From contig CALVFE010000002.1 in assembly GCA_944326765.1 (NCBI GenBank), positions 4,058-68,057 on the forward strand: a stretch of DNA of 64,000 nucleotides, in the 5' to 3' direction. Below are positions 47,707 through 57,826 of this stretch, one piece after another. The notes under the pieces are model-generated. The model was not told the DNA's origin, did not search any database, and worked only from the letters and a program-made list of their open reading frames with translations. This DNA comes from an uncultured Elusimicrobiales bacterium (GTDB taxonomy: Bacteria > Elusimicrobiota > Elusimicrobia > Elusimicrobiales > Elusimicrobiaceae). Within the stretch, counting starts at the first letter, position 1; the number at the start of each line of letters is the position of its first letter. The position numbers and the translations under genes were made by a program.

Positions 47707-49461
47707 TCAGCGGCGGCGCTGCACCGCTTGGCGGGTAAACGTTTTTGCCTGTGCCGGTTTGGCTTTGCATTCCTGCATTAAATCCGCCGGCGTTTTATAG
47801 CCTAAGATATTCGGTTCTTTGCTTAAACCACCGTCCTTCGCGCCGACAGAAACCAGATAATCGTACATCTCTTTGTTGCACGCCAAAGCGGCATATCCCA
47901 AAGGCGTCATTGACTGGGCATTCTTCTGCGGCGCAGCCCGGTATTCCAGCATCATCGCCAAACGGCCTTCCTGGCGGGCTAATTTTACCAAATGTTTCAG
48001 CATTTCCATATTCTGCGTGTTTACCGCTACATGGAATACGTTGCCTTGCGGAGAAGATTCAAACAGCCGCGCCATATTATCCACCAAGTAAGTAACCATT
48101 TCCTGATTTCCATTCTGCACGGCAATAAACAACGGCGTATAACCGGATTTATCTTTTTTGAACACGGCGGCTTTATTCGAAGCAATCACTTTTTTGGCCA
48201 GTTCCATATCCCCCGTTCGAGCGGCAGTAAAAATATCATCTTCCGTAACAGGTTTGTTCTGGGCTTGCGTCTGGCCGGTTTGAGGCAGTTCGCGCCCTTC
48301 TGCTTTGGCTTGCGCAATTAAAGCGGCATTATCCTGCTCTATAACACTATTTTTGACTTCCCTTAAATCTTTATTAAACCAATCCAACACTTGTCCCCGT
48401 TTATTTTTACGGGCTATCATATACGGAATTAAGCCGTCTTTAGCGGCGATGGTCGGATCTGCGTCGGCAGCCAACAGCCTTCTTACTACTTCTTCATATC
48501 CTTTCGCCGCCCCCCAATACAGTGCAGTCTGGCCTTGCTTGTTTTGCATATTCACGTCTAACGGAGCTTGCATGGTCTGTGGTTTTAAAAGCTCACGAAT
48601 TATTTCCGGGTGATTATAACGAGCCGCATAAATCAAAGCGGTATTTCCGTCGTTATTCGCGGCATTTACATCAGCCCGGTAAGCCATTAAGGACTGTACG
48701 CTTTCTACATCTCCCAAGGACGCAGAAATAATAAGCGGCGTGTTTCCTTTTTCATTTTTTACATTGGGATCCACTCCGCCCTTGAGCATGGCCAATACCC
48801 CCATCGGGTTCTTTTTAGCACTGGCACGAAACAGGTTAGCCGAATTGAGCCCTTCCCTTACGCCGCTGGTAAGGAATAAATCGATGAACTCAGGCAGCTC
48901 TTTTTCCAGCGCCAAGTACATGGGAGAATGATTGTAGTTGTTTTTGACATTGATATCCGCTCCGGAATATACTAATAAACGGGTAATTTCCGGAAAATTG
49001 CCATACAAACTGCGCAGCAAGGCGGTATCTTTATTAAAAGCATTTACCTTATTGACATCTGCCCCGTTTAAAATAAGCTGCTGAACGGCTTCAAGATTGC
49101 CCAAGGTTGCCGCCGCTACAATCAGCGGATCGCCTTTGCTGTTGACGATATTCGGATCGTTTTTTGATTGATTATTCAAGATATCGATAAAAGTCTGCGT
49201 ATCTTTTTTTTGCAGGGCTTCTGTTGCATCGTCGGCGATTTCGGTAGGAGTTTTAACAACAACGATTTTATCAAATTTTCCGCTTTTCGATCCGGGGGCG
49301 TAACCGCTTTTAAACGTAAAAGCCAACATCAATACCACCGGTATAGCGGCAACTACCGCCAAGGTAATAAGAGGTTTTTTGGTAACAACGGAGAAAGCTT
49401 CCGGCAATTTCCTTTCCGACGGAACACTGACTTTCGTAGAGTTCTTTTTATTCGGAAACAT
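47707..49461 (-). CDS. Membrane-anchored ankyrin-repeat protein
   Basis: Single TM then many G.TPL/TAL..A...G ankyrin repeats (GNTPLIISA, GNTALIYAA, GQTALYWGA, GYTPLFIAV). Confidence 0.9.
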   Translation of the reverse strand: MFPNKKNSTKVSVPSERKLPEAFSVVTKKPLITLAVVAAIPVVLMLAFTFKSGYAPGSKSGKFDKIVVVKTPTEIADDATEALQKKDTQTFIDILNNQSKNDPNIVNSKGDPLIVAAATLGNLEAVQQLILNGADVNKVNAFNKDTALLRSLYGNFPEITRLLVYSGADINVKNNYNHSPMYLALEKELPEFIDLFLTSGVREGLNSANLFRASAKKNPMGVLAMLKGGVDPNVKNEKGNTPLIISASLGDVESVQSLMAYRADVNAANNDGNTALIYAARYNHPEIIRELLKPQTMQAPLDVNMQNKQGQTALYWGAAKGYEEVVRRLLAADADPTIAAKDGLIPYMIARKNKRGQVLDWFNKDLREVKNSVIEQDNAALIAQAKAEGRELPQTGQTQAQNKPVTEDDIFTAARTGDMELAKKVIASNKAAVFKKDKSGYTPLFIAVQNGNQEMVTYLVDNMARLFESSPQGNVFHVAVNTQNMEMLKHLVKLARQEGRLAMMLEYRAAPQKNAQSMTPLGYAALACNKEMYDYLVSVGAKDGGLSKEPNILGYKTPADLMQECKAKPAQAKTFTRQAVQRRR

Positions 49462-49478
49462 ATTCCTTTCTCCTTATT

Positions 49479-50144
49479 TTATTTTTTGAACCGTTCTAAA
49501 GCGGTTTGGGCAGCCGCCTGTTCGGCTAACTTTTTATTGCGGCCTTTTCCGGTGCCTAATTCTGTGCCTTCTAAACTAACCCGCACGGTAAAAGTTTTAT
49601 CATGTTCCGGACCTACCGTTTGAATTACCTCGTACACCGGCGTGTGCTGCCCTCGTTTTTGCAGATATTCCTGCAACACGCTTTTAAAATCTTGTGCATC
49701 TTGCGTCAGGGCTTGGGTTTTTACCCATGGCAAAATCACGGATTCGGCAGCTGGGTACCCGCCGTCAATATACACGGCGCCGATTACAGCCTCCACCGCA
49801 TTGGAAATGATGCTGTCGCGTTCGCGGCCGCCCGTCGCCAATTCTCCATGTCCCAGGCTCATAAAACGTCCCAAGCCCAGCTCTTTGCCCCAAAGATAGA
49901 GGTTCCGTCTCGAAACCAAGTTCGATTTAATTTTAGAAAGCACTCCCTCTTCTACATGAGGGCATTGGTTGTAGATATAATCTGCAACAATAGCTCCTAG
50001 TATGCTGTCCCCCAGGAATTCCAAACGCTCGTTATGTTTGGCGCTTCGGTGTTCCCCGGCAAAAGACTTATGAGTGAGTGCTTCCTTTAAAACGGCCTTG
50101 TCTTTAAAGCTATATCCTATGATACGCTCTATATCCGTGTACAC
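49479..50144 (-). CDS. rnc: Ribonuclease III
   Basis: HNERLEFLGDSIL, EAVIGAVYIDGG, dsRBD (GPEHDKTF...AEQAAA). Confidence 0.97.
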   Translation of the reverse strand: MYTDIERIIGYSFKDKAVLKEALTHKSFAGEHRSAKHNERLEFLGDSILGAIVADYIYNQCPHVEEGVLSKIKSNLVSRRNLYLWGKELGLGRFMSLGHGELATGGRERDSIISNAVEAVIGAVYIDGGYPAAESVILPWVKTQALTQDAQDFKSVLQEYLQKRGQHTPVYEVIQTVGPEHDKTFTVRVSLEGTELGTGKGRNKKLAEQAAAQTALERFKK

Positions 50145-50146
50145 AA

Positions 50147-50392
50147 TTATTTCTTGGCGTTCTGTTCGATATATTCAATAGCTTCGCCAACAGTTTTAAT
50201 TTTTTCGGCTTTTTCGTCCGGAATTTCGATATCAAATTCTTCTTCCAAAGCCATGATGAGTTCTACCGTATCCAAGGAATCGGCACCCAAATCATTGACG
50301 AACTGAGCTTCGGGTTTCACCTGGTCGGCTTCCACACCCAACTGTTCCACGATGATGTTTTTTACTCTTTCTTGCACGTTTTCTACAGACAT
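50147..50392 (-). CDS. acpP: Acyl carrier protein
   Basis: [20 protein letters not shown]; GGAGG SD before ATG 50392. Confidence 0.97.
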   Translation of the reverse strand: MSVENVQERVKNIIVEQLGVEADQVKPEAQFVNDLGADSLDTVELIMALEEEFDIEIPDEKAEKIKTVGEAIEYIEQNAKK

Positions 50393-50444
50393 TTTTGTCC
50401 TCCGGTATTTTAAAAGGGGCTTCCCCTTGTTACAATTTATTTTA

Positions 50445-51188
50445 TCAAATATAAAGCCCGCCATTAACGGCGAGGATATGCCCCGTAATATACGAAGCAT
50501 CTTCGCTGGCCAAAAACATTACTGCTTTGGCGATGTCCTGCGTCGTAGCAAATCGTTTCAGCGGCACAGCTTCTAAAGCCTTTGCCTTTACGTCTTCCGG
50601 CAATGCATCGGTCATAGCGGTTTGCACAAAACCGGGCGCTACCGCGTTGACGCGCACATTGCGGGAACCAAATTCCTTGGCAAATGTTTTAGTCAGCCCG
50701 ATAATACCCGCTTTGCTGGCCACATAATTGGCTTGCCCGGCGTTACCCATTTCCCCCACTACGGAAGAAATGTTTACAATGTTGCCGCTTCTTTTTTTGA
50801 ACATTACCTTTAAAGCGGACTTAGACATTAAAAACGTTCCTTTTAGGTTGACGGCGATTACGTCGTCCCAGTCTTGCTCGCTCATGCGCACGGTCAAATT
50901 ATCTTTCGTAATACCCGCATTGTTTACCAGTACATCTAAAGATCCAAATTCTTTTACCGTATTTTGAACAAATTGTTCGCAATCCGCCGCCTGCGATACG
51001 TTTACCTGCTGGGTATATACTTTTACCTCGTACGCACCCAATGTTTTAGCCGCTTGTTCCAGTGCGGCTTGGTTCGTGCCGCAAACGGCCAAATTCGCAC
51101 CGGCTTGGGCAAACGCTTCGGCAATCGCAAGGCCGATGCCCCGCGTTGCGCCGGTAACCATTACGGTTTTGCCTTTGAAATCCGCCAT
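50445..51188 (-). CDS. fabG: 3-oxoacyl-ACP reductase
   Basis: [32 protein letters not shown]. Confidence 0.95.
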   Translation of the reverse strand: MADFKGKTVMVTGATRGIGLAIAEAFAQAGANLAVCGTNQAALEQAAKTLGAYEVKVYTQQVNVSQAADCEQFVQNTVKEFGSLDVLVNNAGITKDNLTVRMSEQDWDDVIAVNLKGTFLMSKSALKVMFKKRSGNIVNISSVVGEMGNAGQANYVASKAGIIGLTKTFAKEFGSRNVRVNAVAPGFVQTAMTDALPEDVKAKALEAVPLKRFATTQDIAKAVMFLASEDASYITGHILAVNGGLYI

Positions 51189-52231
51189 TAGGCTTCCTCC
51201 TGATGGATCTCTTTTTCAATCGCGTCAAAAGTCGGTTTCAAGGCGGCCATTTTGGCGGCAATGTCGCCAATAAAATCTTTTTCTACCAAACGGGCGGCCG
51301 TTTTAATGGCGTTGAAAATGGCAAAATCATTTGACTTGCCGTGGGAAATAATCGCCACCCCGTTTACCCCCACCAGCGGCGCACCGCCGTAGCAGTCCGG
51401 GTTGGTATGGTTCTTGACCGCTTTAAAAGCACCTTTGGATAAAAACGCGCCCAAAATAGCCAGCGGGCGTTTTTTGATCTCACGCTTAATCATCTGGATC
51501 ATCGTTTTGGCCAAACCTTCCGCCATTTTCAGAACGATATTTCCGACAAATCCGTCGCAGACGATAACGTCGGTATCGCCGGTATTTACGTCGCGTCCTT
51601 CCACGGTGCCTTTAAAGTTTACGCCGATTTCGCGCATATGCGGAATGGTATGCTTGACCAAAAAGTTGCCTTTTGTTTCTTCTTCCCCGATGGATAATAC
51701 CCCCACCGACGGAGCCGGAATATCAAACACTTTCTGCATATAAGCAGACCCCATCACCGCAAACTGCAGCAAGTGAATGGGTTTGCAATCGGCGTTTGCG
51801 CCGCCGTCTAAAAGCAAACTTACGCCCTTATAAGTGGGCATCGGCGTAGCAATAGCCGGCCGCTGGACACCTTTAATACGCCCCATACCAAACAGCGCCG
51901 CCACCATAGCCGCGCCGGAATGACCGGCGGAAACAAAAGCGTCCGCCTGTCCGCGGCGCACCAAATTGGCGCACACCACAATACTGGCATCTTTTTTGTT
52001 CCGGCATTCTTTGGCGGGTTCGGCGCCCATGTCAATGGTTTGGGGAGCGTGAACGATGGAAATGTTTTTAGGCACATTTGCGTAGCCCAACGCTCTGAGT
52101 TCTTCGCGCAAAACGGCTTCATCGCCAACCAAGATAATCTCTAAACCAAGATTCTTGGCCGCTTTCAAAGCACCCAATACGTTGGGTTTTGCGCCGAAGT
52201 CTCCGCCTAATGCGTCCAGGGCTATTTTCAT
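51188..52231 (-). CDS. plsX: Phosphate acyltransferase PlsX
   Basis: IALDALGGD, LDGGANAD, VCDGFVGN, HGKS. Confidence 0.96.
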   Translation of the reverse strand: MKIALDALGGDFGAKPNVLGALKAAKNLGLEIILVGDEAVLREELRALGYANVPKNISIVHAPQTIDMGAEPAKECRNKKDASIVVCANLVRRGQADAFVSAGHSGAAMVAALFGMGRIKGVQRPAIATPMPTYKGVSLLLDGGANADCKPIHLLQFAVMGSAYMQKVFDIPAPSVGVLSIGEEETKGNFLVKHTIPHMREIGVNFKGTVEGRDVNTGDTDVIVCDGFVGNIVLKMAEGLAKTMIQMIKREIKKRPLAILGAFLSKGAFKAVKNHTNPDCYGGAPLVGVNGVAIISHGKSNDFAIFNAIKTAARLVEKDFIGDIAAKMAALKPTFDAIEKEIHQEEA

Positions 52232-52240
52232 AATAAACCG

Positions 52241-52450
52241 TTATTTGGCTTCTTCGGTGGCTTCGGCTTTCGTTTTTTGAGCTACAACCACTCTGTCTTT
52301 ATAGAATCCGCAAGTCGGGCAGACATTGTGCGGCAGTCTGGGAGATTTGCAATTCGGGCAGGCCACGAGCTGCGGCAATTCTACTCCGGAATTGTGGGAT
52401 CTTCTCATGTCCCGGCGGGAACGAGTGTGTTTTTTCTTTGGATTCGGCAT
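52241..52450 (-). CDS. rpmF: 50S ribosomal protein L32
   Basis: PKKKHTRSRRDMRRSH, CPNC...HNVCPTCGFY. Confidence 0.96.
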   Translation of the reverse strand: MPNPKKKHTRSRRDMRRSHNSGVELPQLVACPNCKSPRLPHNVCPTCGFYKDRVVVAQKTKAEATEEAK

Positions 52451-52494
52451 TGATTTAACTCCTGTTTTACTCTAGTAAAATTCAAAAAGAATTA

Positions 52495-52989
52495 TTACTT
52501 AAATTTTCCTTTCAGTTCAGCAAAAGGCGACAAATTCACCGGCTTGCATTTACACGGCGCAACGTTTAAATCTTGGCCGCACTGCGGGCAAAGCCCCTTG
52601 CAATCGGGCTTGCACAGAAAACGGATTTCTTCCGTTAAAGACAGCGTTTGTCTTACCAGTAACATTATATCAATTATTTCTGATTTATTGCTATATGTTT
52701 CCAAAAAATCTTCCGCAAAAGCCTGCTCGGTCATCTTCAAGCAGCGGGCGCATTGAACCAAACGCTTGCCCGCTATATTTCCCTGCACCAAAATTTCTTT
52801 GGAGGCCACGGAAAAACGAAGCGATACCTTGACTTGCGTAATTTGATTGGGGGCGGCAAAGATATCCTCAAAGTATTTGGGGCTTAACTGCGCCGTGCAG
52901 TCCAGCCCGCCCATACGAAGAATATCAGCCGTTTTAAATTGCAAATCCTGCGGAACGTCGTAATCTTTATAAAGCAAATTTTCGTTCAT
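52495..52989 (-). CDS. yceD: DUF177/YceD family protein
   Basis: CARCL, LCKPDCKGLCPQCGQDLN; upstream of rpmF. Confidence 0.9.
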   Translation of the reverse strand: MNENLLYKDYDVPQDLQFKTADILRMGGLDCTAQLSPKYFEDIFAAPNQITQVKVSLRFSVASKEILVQGNIAGKRLVQCARCLKMTEQAFAEDFLETYSNKSEIIDIMLLVRQTLSLTEEIRFLCKPDCKGLCPQCGQDLNVAPCKCKPVNLSPFAELKGKFK

Positions 52990-53021
52990 ATTTATATTTT
53001 AGCAAATAACTGCCGTCTGAT

Positions 53022-54389
53022 TTAAGCGCTCCGGCGGACAAAGCTTTTATCCTCCCACTTGCGGCTTTTCCAACGGCGTTCAAAAATAGCCGCCCGGATA
53101 TTTTCATCCAAGGCCATGGCCAGCCAAATGCCGTTCAGCCCCCACCCCCACCAAATGCCCAACACATAAGCAAGCAGCGTGGCCACCCCCCACATCACGA
53201 TCACTCCCGTTATAAACGGATACATCACGTCTCCCGCCGCATTAAGCGAATTGACCGACGTGATATTCACCGCACGTCCGATTTCCAACAACACGTCGAT
53301 ATACAAAACCGTCGCACCGATGGAAATTACTTCCGGATTAGCCGAAAGCATTTTAAAAATATCCGTTCCGATTAACGCCGTCAAAATAGAAATACAAACC
53401 GTTACCAACATCGCCAGTTTGATGGAGTATTTTTCCACCGAGAAAGCCGCATTATCGCGTTCTTCTCCGATTAAGTGGCCGATAGAAATCGCCGCCCCCT
53501 GGCCAATGGCAATGGAAAACACATAGGAAAACATCACAATGCTCATCGCATAGGTGCGCGCCGTGAGCGCAGCCGTACCCAGCATAACGGAAAAATAGGT
53601 AATGAGGACTTGCGAAAAATTATACGATACCTGTTCCCCCGCCGCCGGCAAACCAATGGTCAGCAGATTTTTGATTTTATCCCACGGGAACGGCTTAAAT
53701 AATTTAAGCGGCGGAATGGCCGTAACTTTATGAAACAACAGATAAGCCAGCAATCCTACGGCAATCAACCGGCTGACTGACGTAGAAATACCCGCCCCCG
53801 CAATTCCCAAACGCGGTGCGCCCAAATTTCCGAAAATCAGCATATAATTGCCCACCACGTTGACCAGGTTAATAAGCAACGTGACAAACATAGGATAAAA
53901 GGCTTTATTATGGCTTCTTAAAATAGCGGAAAGCGTCATCGAAAGGGCTTGCAGAAAAGAAAATCCGCCGACAATTTTCATATATGAAACGCCATAGCCG
54001 ATTAAATTTTCGTTCAGCCCCATCAACTGCAGCGACGGACGAGCAAAGAAAAATAATCCCGCGCTAACCAATACGCCCATTACAAAATTCGCCAACAACG
54101 ATACGCCGATCACCTGCGCCACATTTTTCTGCTGCCGCGCGCCTAAATACTGCGCGCATAAAACCGAAGTTCCCAACGTAGTAATGCCGTAAAGAATAAA
54201 CACCAGGTTGAGCAGCTGGTTCACGACGCCGCCGGCGGCGACGGTTTCGTCCGAATAACGGCTGAGCATAAACACGTCCACCGCACCGGTCAGCATAATC
54301 AGCAAGGTTTCTACAAAGATAGGACTGGTAAGATTAAACAACTTACGACGAATTATTTTGCGAGGTTTTTTTACAGCAGTTTTCTTCAT
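53022..54389 (-). CDS. MATE family efflux transporter
   Basis: About 12 TM segments, AQYLGA, LIFGNLGAPRLGIAGAG, IGLPAAGEQ. Confidence 0.92.
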   Translation of the reverse strand: MKKTAVKKPRKIIRRKLFNLTSPIFVETLLIMLTGAVDVFMLSRYSDETVAAGGVVNQLLNLVFILYGITTLGTSVLCAQYLGARQQKNVAQVIGVSLLANFVMGVLVSAGLFFFARPSLQLMGLNENLIGYGVSYMKIVGGFSFLQALSMTLSAILRSHNKAFYPMFVTLLINLVNVVGNYMLIFGNLGAPRLGIAGAGISTSVSRLIAVGLLAYLLFHKVTAIPPLKLFKPFPWDKIKNLLTIGLPAAGEQVSYNFSQVLITYFSVMLGTAALTARTYAMSIVMFSYVFSIAIGQGAAISIGHLIGEERDNAAFSVEKYSIKLAMLVTVCISILTALIGTDIFKMLSANPEVISIGATVLYIDVLLEIGRAVNITSVNSLNAAGDVMYPFITGVIVMWGVATLLAYVLGIWWGWGLNGIWLAMALDENIRAAIFERRWKSRKWEDKSFVRRSA

Positions 54390-55393
54390 TTTTCTTTTAC
54401 AAATTGTTTTTCCAATTTGGTTACGTCAATCATTCCGTTTCCCTGTGCAATATCGGGTAGCCCGGGTATTTTTACGGCGGCTTTCTTCAGCGCCGCTTTC
54501 ACTTCAGCTACGGTGGGGTAGCGGCCTAATTGTTTTTGCAATCCTTCCACAGCCAAAGCGGCAGCGGCGCTGACAAAAGCCGCCGCCGCGGAAGAACCGC
54601 TCATCAAGGTATAATCGCCCGCGGCGGAGGTGGAATAAACCCGGTCTCCCGGGGCAATAAATTCCACTTCCGGCCCGTAGGCGGAATTGGGATAGAGCGT
54701 CTTGCCGTCTGCCCCCAAGGCGCTTACCGCGATAACCGTAGATAAATTGGCGGGATAAAATACCCCCGGAAATCCATAATTCCCGGCAGGAGAAACAATC
54801 ACAACCCCCGAATCATGCGCCCGGTTAATGGCATTAGTTAGCGCGGCATAACCGCCGCCGGACACGCCATAACTCAAATTAAGAACGGTAATTTTATCGT
54901 TTGGATTTTGTTCGTTATATGACAAAATGGTTTGAATGGCGTTGGCAGCGGCTTGCGGACCGATTAAACGACTGCCGTCATCTATTTTATAAATCAGCAA
55001 AGAGGCTTGCGGGGCCACTCCGGTAAACCGCAGCCCGCGGGCGCCGATAATGCCGGCTATTCCCGTACCGTGGTTTTTTAGATCGGACAATGCCCCCGAC
55101 AAGGTAAAATCCTGCCCCATAATATGCTTGCCGTTAAATTCCGGGTGGGAAGAAATACCGCTGTCGGCGATGGCTACTTTTACGCCGAGCCCAGTCAGCT
55201 TTTTTTCGATCGGATAATACCGATACGCCCACAGATTGTCAAACGCCTCGGGCTGTGGCGTCATATCCACCCACGAAAATTCGCCGTTTTCGCTTACGCG
55301 CATATTGGTCGGCCCCAAAAACAGCGTTTCCGTCCCGTATGCTACAGCGGTTTCAAATAAGCAAAAACAAAGAATAAAAAAGCGTCGCATCAT
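54386..55393 (-). CDS. Secreted subtilisin-like (S8) peptidase
   Basis: VAIADSG (Asp), NHGTGIAG (His), PAGN, SGSSAA (Ser). Confidence 0.85.
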   Translation of the reverse strand: MMRRFFILCFCLFETAVAYGTETLFLGPTNMRVSENGEFSWVDMTPQPEAFDNLWAYRYYPIEKKLTGLGVKVAIADSGISSHPEFNGKHIMGQDFTLSGALSDLKNHGTGIAGIIGARGLRFTGVAPQASLLIYKIDDGSRLIGPQAAANAIQTILSYNEQNPNDKITVLNLSYGVSGGGYAALTNAINRAHDSGVVIVSPAGNYGFPGVFYPANLSTVIAVSALGADGKTLYPNSAYGPEVEFIAPGDRVYSTSAAGDYTLMSGSSAAAAFVSAAAALAVEGLQKQLGRYPTVAEVKAALKKAAVKIPGLPDIAQGNGMIDVTKLEKQFVKEK

Positions 55394-55394
55394 C

Positions 55395-56897
55395 TTATAA
55401 ATTCACTTTTTTAATAATGGGTCTTAACACGGATGCAAACGGGTGAGCGCTTACCTGCAAAGCGGGCGCCGTCTGGCGGCGTTTTAAATCGGCCTGGTTG
55501 ACGCGGTTAAGCACATCTTGAACCACGGCGGCTTTTACGCGAAATTGTTTGCCGATTTCTTCCGCCGTTTTCCCTTCCTCCAAATAAGCGCGCAGCATTT
55601 TATCCAATATCGCGTACGGAGGAAGGTGGTCTTCGTCTTTTTGGTTAGGACTCAGTTCCGATGTCGGGGCGCGTTCAATAATGCCGCGCGGAATCACTTC
55701 GCCTTTCTTATTAATATATTCGGCCAGTTCATAAATTTCACTTTTGTACAAATCTCCAATCGGCTGCAAGCTGCCGCCGGCATCGCCATACAAGATAAAA
55801 GACCCCACGGCACATTCACTTTTATCATCGGTAGATATCAGCATTGCTTTATATTCACTGGCCAGCGCCCCTAAAATGGTAGTGCGCAGGCGGGATTGCA
55901 GTTCCTGCTCGGTGGTATCTTTCGGGTGGGATACAATGTGGCCAATCGCTTCCTTCACGCCGCCTAACGCCGGCAACACCCCCACTTCTTCCAAGTTGAC
56001 TCCCAGCGTACGTGCCAACTGTCCGGCTAAGGTTTTGCTCAAGTCGCTGGTACAATAAGACGGCAGCGAAACGCAATATACGCTTTCTCCCCCTAAGGCT
56101 TTGGCAGCCAAAACGGCCGTAAAAGCGGAGTCAATCCCGCCGCTGATTCCAAACACCACTTTGTCCATACCGCTTTTATGCACATAATCGCGCAGACCAA
56201 ACGACAGGGCGTTGAGCAGTTCTTCCGGCACGGGTATTTTATAAGAAAGCGGAGTATATTTTTCTTCCAAATCAAAAAGCAGGACTTGTTCGCGGAAGGG
56301 TTCCCCCAATAAGACCAGATTTCCTTTTTTATCGGCGGCGGCCAAAAGTCCGTCAAAAATCATACCGTCGCCGCCGCCCAGCAAATTACACAAAAGAGCA
56401 GAAACGGCGTTTTTCTTGGAAAATTTTTTCAATGCGTCCAAACGCGGCGAAATATTATTTTTTAAATAGGGGCGAGCCGTCAAAAACACCACAACATCAG
56501 CCTCCGGGTCGGGCTGAGCGTTTTCGGGAGTGTCCAGCACGAACTGAATTTGTTTTCCTTTAAACGAAACGGTTTGCGTATCAAAAATTTTGATGATTTT
56601 TCCTTTATATATAAAAGCGGCTGCGGTAACAGAGGCACCGTTTTGTTTATCCATATATCCCAGCACCAAGGCCGTTTCCTTGGTTTCTTTTGCAATTTCT
56701 TTTAATGCGGCCGCGTTTTGCGCCAGCAGATGTTTGTCCTCAAACAGATCAAACAACGGGCACCCGCACAAAGCCGCTTCCGGAAACAACAGCAAATCAG
56801 CCTTGGGCGCCGGAGCGCGCAGCTGTTCAATAATTTGGGAGGCATTTGCGGAAATATCCGCCGCCAACGGATTAAAAGAAACCAAGTTTATTTTCAT
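55395..56897 (-). CDS. nadE: NAD+ synthetase with degenerate N-terminal nitrilase/glutaminase domain
   Basis: GISGGIDSA, QSRLR, DLYKSEIYELA, PTSELSPNQKDED.LPPY; N-terminal FPE motif. Confidence 0.9.
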   Translation of the reverse strand: MKINLVSFNPLAADISANASQIIEQLRAPAPKADLLLFPEAALCGCPLFDLFEDKHLLAQNAAALKEIAKETKETALVLGYMDKQNGASVTAAAFIYKGKIIKIFDTQTVSFKGKQIQFVLDTPENAQPDPEADVVVFLTARPYLKNNISPRLDALKKFSKKNAVSALLCNLLGGGDGMIFDGLLAAADKKGNLVLLGEPFREQVLLFDLEEKYTPLSYKIPVPEELLNALSFGLRDYVHKSGMDKVVFGISGGIDSAFTAVLAAKALGGESVYCVSLPSYCTSDLSKTLAGQLARTLGVNLEEVGVLPALGGVKEAIGHIVSHPKDTTEQELQSRLRTTILGALASEYKAMLISTDDKSECAVGSFILYGDAGGSLQPIGDLYKSEIYELAEYINKKGEVIPRGIIERAPTSELSPNQKDEDHLPPYAILDKMLRAYLEEGKTAEEIGKQFRVKAAVVQDVLNRVNQADLKRRQTAPALQVSAHPFASVLRPIIKKVNL

Positions 56898-57023
56898 ACT
56901 TCACCTCTTATTTGATTATTGTAGCACTTCTAATTCTTTTTTAGTGTGAAAAAAATAAATAAAAAAGTGCTACAATGAAAAAGTCGAAAAAAATGCTGTA
57001 CAAAAAAATGGAGGAAAACCTTG

Positions 57024-57542
57024 ATGAAAAAAATCGTCTTAATCGCGGCGCTATTTGCTGCAGCAGTACTGCCTGCGGCGGCGGGAGATACGGGAGCCTT
57101 AAAACTCTCTCTATGGGATGAAATTGCCGTTGCCATTCCGAACAATATCCATGACGTAAAAGGTGTAGATCTGGGTATTGCTTCCAAAACCGCTACCGTA
57201 ACGGGCGTGCAGTTGGATCTCTTGTTTGCTCAAACCGAATATGAACTCAACGGTGTCAGCGTAACCTGGATCATCAACTTGGCCAATAAAGTAAACGGTG
57301 TCCAATGGGGTCTTTTGTCCAAGAGTGAAGACTTAACCGGTGTTCAATTGGGTATCGTCAACATGGGTAATGAAGTGTTGGGCGTACAGTATGGTTTCTA
57401 CAACCAAGCCGAAAACATGAACGGCTTGCAGTTGGGTTTTATCAACTATGCCAAAAACATTACCGGCTTGCAAATCGGTCTGTTGAACATTGCTGAAAAT
57501 GGCTGGCTGCCTGCGATGGTTTTTGTCAACGGCCGCTTCTAA
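57024..57542 (+). CDS. Secreted/outer-membrane repeat protein (G.Q.G..N repeats, LA_2272-like)
   Basis: Signal peptide; tandem ~15-aa repeats GVQLGIVN, GVQYGFYN, GLQLGFIN, GLQIGLLN; terminal Phe. Confidence 0.8.
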   Translation: MKKIVLIAALFAAAVLPAAAGDTGALKLSLWDEIAVAIPNNIHDVKGVDLGIASKTATVTGVQLDLLFAQTEYELNGVSVTWIINLANKVNGVQWGLLSKSEDLTGVQLGIVNMGNEVLGVQYGFYNQAENMNGLQLGFINYAKNITGLQIGLLNIAENGWLPAMVFVNGRF

Positions 57543-57569
57543 CCCATTTGTAGAAAATCAAGCATTTTC

Positions 57570-57597
57570 AAACCGTGGGATTTTTCCCACGGTTTTT
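57570..57597 (+). terminator. Intrinsic terminator
   Basis: AAACCGTGGGA-tttt-TCCCACGGTTTTT. Confidence 0.8.
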
Positions 57598-57666
57598 GTT
57601 TTCCCTTCAAAAAGATATAATAAAAAACGCCTTTTTCTCCAAAATTCCTTTTTATTCATTCTTCCA

Positions 57667-57695
57667 TTGGCTTAAACCGCTTTTTATGCTATAAT
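57667..57695 (+). promoter_or_regulatory. rpsB promoter
   Basis: TTGGCT-17 nt-TATAAT with extended -10 TG. Confidence 0.75.
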
Positions 57696-57826
57696 CGATA
57701 TAAGGTGTAATATGAGCGGGATAGCGAAACAAGTTTGTAAATCAAAGCCAGTCCCGACGACACCCAAGGCCAAAACCACCGGGGAATCCCCTTCCCTAAT
57801 TTAGGTTGCGGCTACAGGAGAAAAAC

